A DNA stretch of 19,659 nucleotides from a bacterium (GTDB lineage: Bacteria > Zhuqueibacterota > Zhuqueibacteria > Oceanimicrobiales > Oceanimicrobiaceae): the NCBI GenBank assembly GCA_046757525.1, contig JBHHYI010000074.1, forward strand, positions 1-19,659, written 5' to 3'. Numbering within the stretch: the first letter of the stretch is position 1; each line of letters begins with the position of its first letter. The notes beneath the pieces are model-generated. The model did not search any database and had not been told where the DNA came from. It saw only the letters and a program-made list of their open reading frames with translations. A program made the position numbers and the translations under genes. Of this stretch, positions 16,679 through 19,659 are shown one piece after another.

Positions 16679-18112
16679 ATGACCATTCACGCTCAAAGTC
16701 AGTCAGAACGGGAAATCATTCAACGTGTCCATGAGGCGGGGCAGGAGCACGTTTTTCGTTTCTTGAACGAGCTTTCGTCCGCTTCTCGCCGGCAATTGTT
16801 CGATCAACTGGAATCCATTGATTGGCAAATGCTGTCCCAACTATACCGCGATTTCATCCATTCGCCGGGTTCGCACTCGATTTCGGGTGAGCTCGAACCG
16901 GCGGAAGTCATCCCAATTCCGAATTCAAAGGAACAGATGCAAGCCGCGCATGCGGCCAAATTAACCGGTGAAGCTGGACTGCGGCAGGGTCGAGTAGCGG
17001 CATTTCTGGTCGCCGGGGGGCAAGGAACGCGTTTGGGCTTTTCGGGACCCAAGGGCCTCTTCCCGGTTAGTCCGGTAAAACAAAAGAGTCTCTTTCAGCT
17101 TCACGCCGAAAAGATCAAAGCAGCTTCCAGGAGATATGGCACCACCATTCCCTGGTACATCATGACCAGCGAAACCAACCATGAGGAAACCGCCAACTTT
17201 TTTGCAACCCATGAGTTTTTTGGCCTGAATGCCGAGGACATAATCTTCTTTTCGCAGGACATGGTGCCTGCGTTGGATCCCCGCGGCAAGCTCATTCTGG
17301 ACGCCAAAGACCACATTTTTACCAATCCCAATGGTCATGGTGGTTCGTTGTTGTCTCTCAAGAAGAGCGGCGCCCTGCAAGACATGCGCCGCCGCGGCAT
17401 TGATTTGATTTTTTACTTTCAGGTGGATAATGTGCTGGTGAAAATGTGTGATCCCGTCTTCTTAGGCTATCACATCCGCCAGGGGGCGCAGATGTCGGCC
17501 AAGGTCGTGTCCAAGACTGACCCACAAGAGAAAGTCGGCGTGGTTGGACGCATCGATGGCCGCCTGGGAGTCATCGAATACAGCGACCTTTCCGATGCAG
17601 AGAAACAGGCCCGCAATCCGGATGGCAGCCTCAAATTCGCCGCGGGCAATATTGCCATTCACGTCTTAGATGTTGCTTTCGTCGAGCAAGAAAATCAGGG
17701 GGGGCTCAGACTGCCCTGGCACGTTGCGCATAAGAAAGTACCCTATTTGGATGAACACGGCCATCGCATCGAACCCGAAGAGCCTAATGGCTACAAATTT
17801 GAAGCCTTTGTTTTTGATGCCCTGGGCGATGCTGAATCCGCTGTAATCCTGGAAGTCAAACGGGAGGAAGAGTTCAGCCCGGTCAAAAATGCCCGCGGCG
17901 TGGACTCGCCGGAGACGGCCCGGCAGGATATGAGCAATTTGTTTGGAACCTGGTTGGAAAAAGCCGGCGTGGCAGTGCCGCGAGACGCGGAGAACAACGT
18001 GGTAGGGAATGTTGAAGTAAGCCCATTGTTTGCTCTGGACGAAGAGGAATTCCTGCAAAAGACCACTTCCGGTCTGAGGTTTACGGAGAACCTCTATTTA
18101 GAATACACATGA
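16679..18112 (+). CDS. UDPGP-family uridylyltransferase, UAP1-like (probable UDP-N-acetylglucosamine/hexose pyrophosphorylase)
   Basis: LVAGGQGTRLG...PKG, PWYIMTS, PNGHGG, YFQVDN, EKVG, IEYSDL, AGNIAIH, KKVPY, PNGYKFE.FVFD, EFSPVKN. Confidence 0.92.
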   Translation: MTIHAQSQSEREIIQRVHEAGQEHVFRFLNELSSASRRQLFDQLESIDWQMLSQLYRDFIHSPGSHSISGELEPAEVIPIPNSKEQMQAAHAAKLTGEAGLRQGRVAAFLVAGGQGTRLGFSGPKGLFPVSPVKQKSLFQLHAEKIKAASRRYGTTIPWYIMTSETNHEETANFFATHEFFGLNAEDIIFFSQDMVPALDPRGKLILDAKDHIFTNPNGHGGSLLSLKKSGALQDMRRRGIDLIFYFQVDNVLVKMCDPVFLGYHIRQGAQMSAKVVSKTDPQEKVGVVGRIDGRLGVIEYSDLSDAEKQARNPDGSLKFAAGNIAIHVLDVAFVEQENQGGLRLPWHVAHKKVPYLDEHGHRIEPEEPNGYKFEAFVFDALGDAESAVILEVKREEEFSPVKNARGVDSPETARQDMSNLFGTWLEKAGVAVPRDAENNVVGNVEVSPLFALDEEEFLQKTTSGLRFTENLYLEYT

Positions 18113-18201
18113 CGGCTTCGTAACATTTTTGCTTGACTTTCAATAGGGGTTGGATTATTTTTGACTAAGATAAGATATGCCATTAACCATAGTTTGAGGG
18201 C

Positions 18202-19044
18202 ATGATGGCTAATAATTTACCCGTGAATTCAATAATTTGTGGTGATTGTGAGGAAATCCTCAGAACCTTTCCCGCCGATTCAATCGACCTAATCGTTACC
18301 TCTCCGCCGTATGCTGACAGCAGAAAGCACACCTATGGCGGCATTCATCCAGACAGATTTGTCGAGTGGTTCCTACCCAAATCATATCAGTTTCTGCGAA
18401 TTTTGAAACCCACAGGTACGTTTGTCTTGAATATTAAAGAAAAAGCTGTCAATGGTGAAAGACACACGTACGTTATCGAACTCATCTTAGAGATGAGAAA
18501 GCAAGGTTGGCTATGGACTGAAGAATTCATTTGGCATAAGAAAAACTCCTACCCAGGCAAATGGCCAAATCGATTCAGAGATTCCTGGGAGCGATGCTTG
18601 CAATTCAATAAGCAGAAAAAATTTAAAATGTACCAGGAAGCCGTCATGGTACCCATGGGAGACTGGGCAAAAACAAGACTAAGAAAACTGAGTGAAACCG
18701 ATAAAAAGAGAGATGATTCAAAAGTAAACAGCGGGTTCGGCAAAAACATCTCGAATTGGCTTGGAAGAGAAATGGCCTATCCAACAAATGTGCTAAATTT
18801 TGCAACAGAATGTGCTAATCGAAATCACAGCGCAACATTTCCTTTCGCTTTACCAGAATGGTTCATCAAGCTATTTACCTCCAAAGGAGATGTTGTCCTG
18901 GACCCGTTTTTAGGCTCTGGCACCACAGCAATTGCCGCCAAACAATTAGACCGACGTTATATAGGCATAGATGTAAAACAAGAATACTGTGAATTGGCAA
19001 AAAATGAATTAAACAAGATCGTTGTTCAAGAGAGCCTTTTATGA
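18202..19044 (+). CDS. Site-specific DNA methyltransferase, beta class (probably N4-cytosine)
   Basis: Motif IV IVTSPPY lies before motif I VLDPFLGSGTT. H.ATFP..LPEWFIK. Lower GC than flanking genes. Confidence 0.93.
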   Translation: MMANNLPVNSIICGDCEEILRTFPADSIDLIVTSPPYADSRKHTYGGIHPDRFVEWFLPKSYQFLRILKPTGTFVLNIKEKAVNGERHTYVIELILEMRKQGWLWTEEFIWHKKNSYPGKWPNRFRDSWERCLQFNKQKKFKMYQEAVMVPMGDWAKTRLRKLSETDKKRDDSKVNSGFGKNISNWLGREMAYPTNVLNFATECANRNHSATFPFALPEWFIKLFTSKGDVVLDPFLGSGTTAIAAKQLDRRYIGIDVKQEYCELAKNELNKIVVQESLL

Positions 19045-19659
19045 ATAGAATTACAATGACTGATATCGTAGAGTATGTAAACAAAAATATCGAAGTTTTC
19101 CACAGAAGCAAAATCAAGTCCCTGGAAGAAATAGATCTAAAGAAAATTTTGAAAAAGAAAAATCCCTATTTGTTTAAAGCAAAGAATATAAGATTGGCTT
19201 CAGATTTGATTAAAGATCTGTTGCAAGCCTATCTGTACTCGTCCGAAGAAAAGATATTTGGTAATTTTTTAGAGGATTTAGCTATTTTTATCTCCGGCAA
19301 AACGTGTTCAGGCACTAAATCAGCGGCGACGGGCATCGACTTGGAGTTTGAGAAAAAGGGCGTTCATTACCTGGTTTCTATTAAGTCAGGCCCTAATTGG
19401 GGTAATAGCTCTCAGCACAGGAGGCAGGAAAATGATTTTAAGGTCGCTGAAAGGGTTTTAAAGCAATCCCATCATACGCCCAATGTTCAATCGGTCTTAG
19501 GAATCTGCTATGGCAAAACCAGAACTTCCTTTTTGAGGGGGTATATGAAAGTGGTGGGGCAAAACTTTTGGTATTTCATTAGCGGAGTGGAAGAGCTTTA
19601 TACGGACATCATTGAGCCATTGGGACACAAGGCCAAGCAGCATAATGAACAGTTTTTGA
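19041..19659 (+). CDS. Type II restriction endonuclease (EcoO109I/PmeII-like family), 3' truncated; absent from the ORF track
   Basis: ATGA overlap with the MTase stop. Frame is open to the window end: MNRITMTDIVEYV...KKKNPYLFKAKN...SSEEKIFGNFLEDLA...GIDLEF...LVSIKSGPNWGNSSQ...GICYG...GQNFWYFISG. Confidence 0.82.
   Translation, partial: MNRITMTDIVEYVNKNIEVFHRSKIKSLEEIDLKKILKKKNPYLFKAKNIRLASDLIKDLLQAYLYSSEEKIFGNFLEDLAIFISGKTCSGTKSAATGIDLEFEKKGVHYLVSIKSGPNWGNSSQHRRQENDFKVAERVLKQSHHTPNVQSVLGICYGKTRTSFLRGYMKVVGQNFWYFISGVEELYTDIIEPLGHKAKQHNEQFL

Noticed and set aside
1..19659. CRISPR array, rRNA or tRNA genes
   Set aside because: No regularly spaced direct repeats or RNA gene signatures seen.

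Overview
Chromosomal window from a bacterium, probably of the FCB/KSB1/Calditrichota neighbourhood. That placement is inferred from a protein with a 'QNYPNPFNP...' C-terminal sorting/FlgD-Ig domain and a DUF5723-like barrel plus lipoprotein pair. From left to right: (1) the 3' end of a tetrapyrrole cluster (hemY partial, hemB, hemL); (2) a YbdK-type carboxylate-amine ligase; (3) a highly structured ~210-nt intergenic segment; (4) a large repeat lipoprotein with an outer-membrane barrel; (5) an AT-rich ~1.15-kb islet that looks like an internally deleted IS1595-family element carrying a Panacea/SocA antitoxin-like gene; (6) REP-like palindromes; (7) three minus-strand genes (hypothetical, galK, TPR protein); (8) a UbiA/MenA-like prenyltransferase, a secreted CTD protein and a cupredoxin lipoprotein with an atypical ligand loop; (9) an AhpD-like gene split in the ORF track that reads as one selenoprotein (CxxU, in-frame TGA, SECIS-like hairpin); (10) a UAP1-like uridylyltransferase; (11) a type II R-M pair whose endonuclease is truncated by the window end and absent from the ORF track. 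All family calls come from motif recognition by eye; no searches were run.
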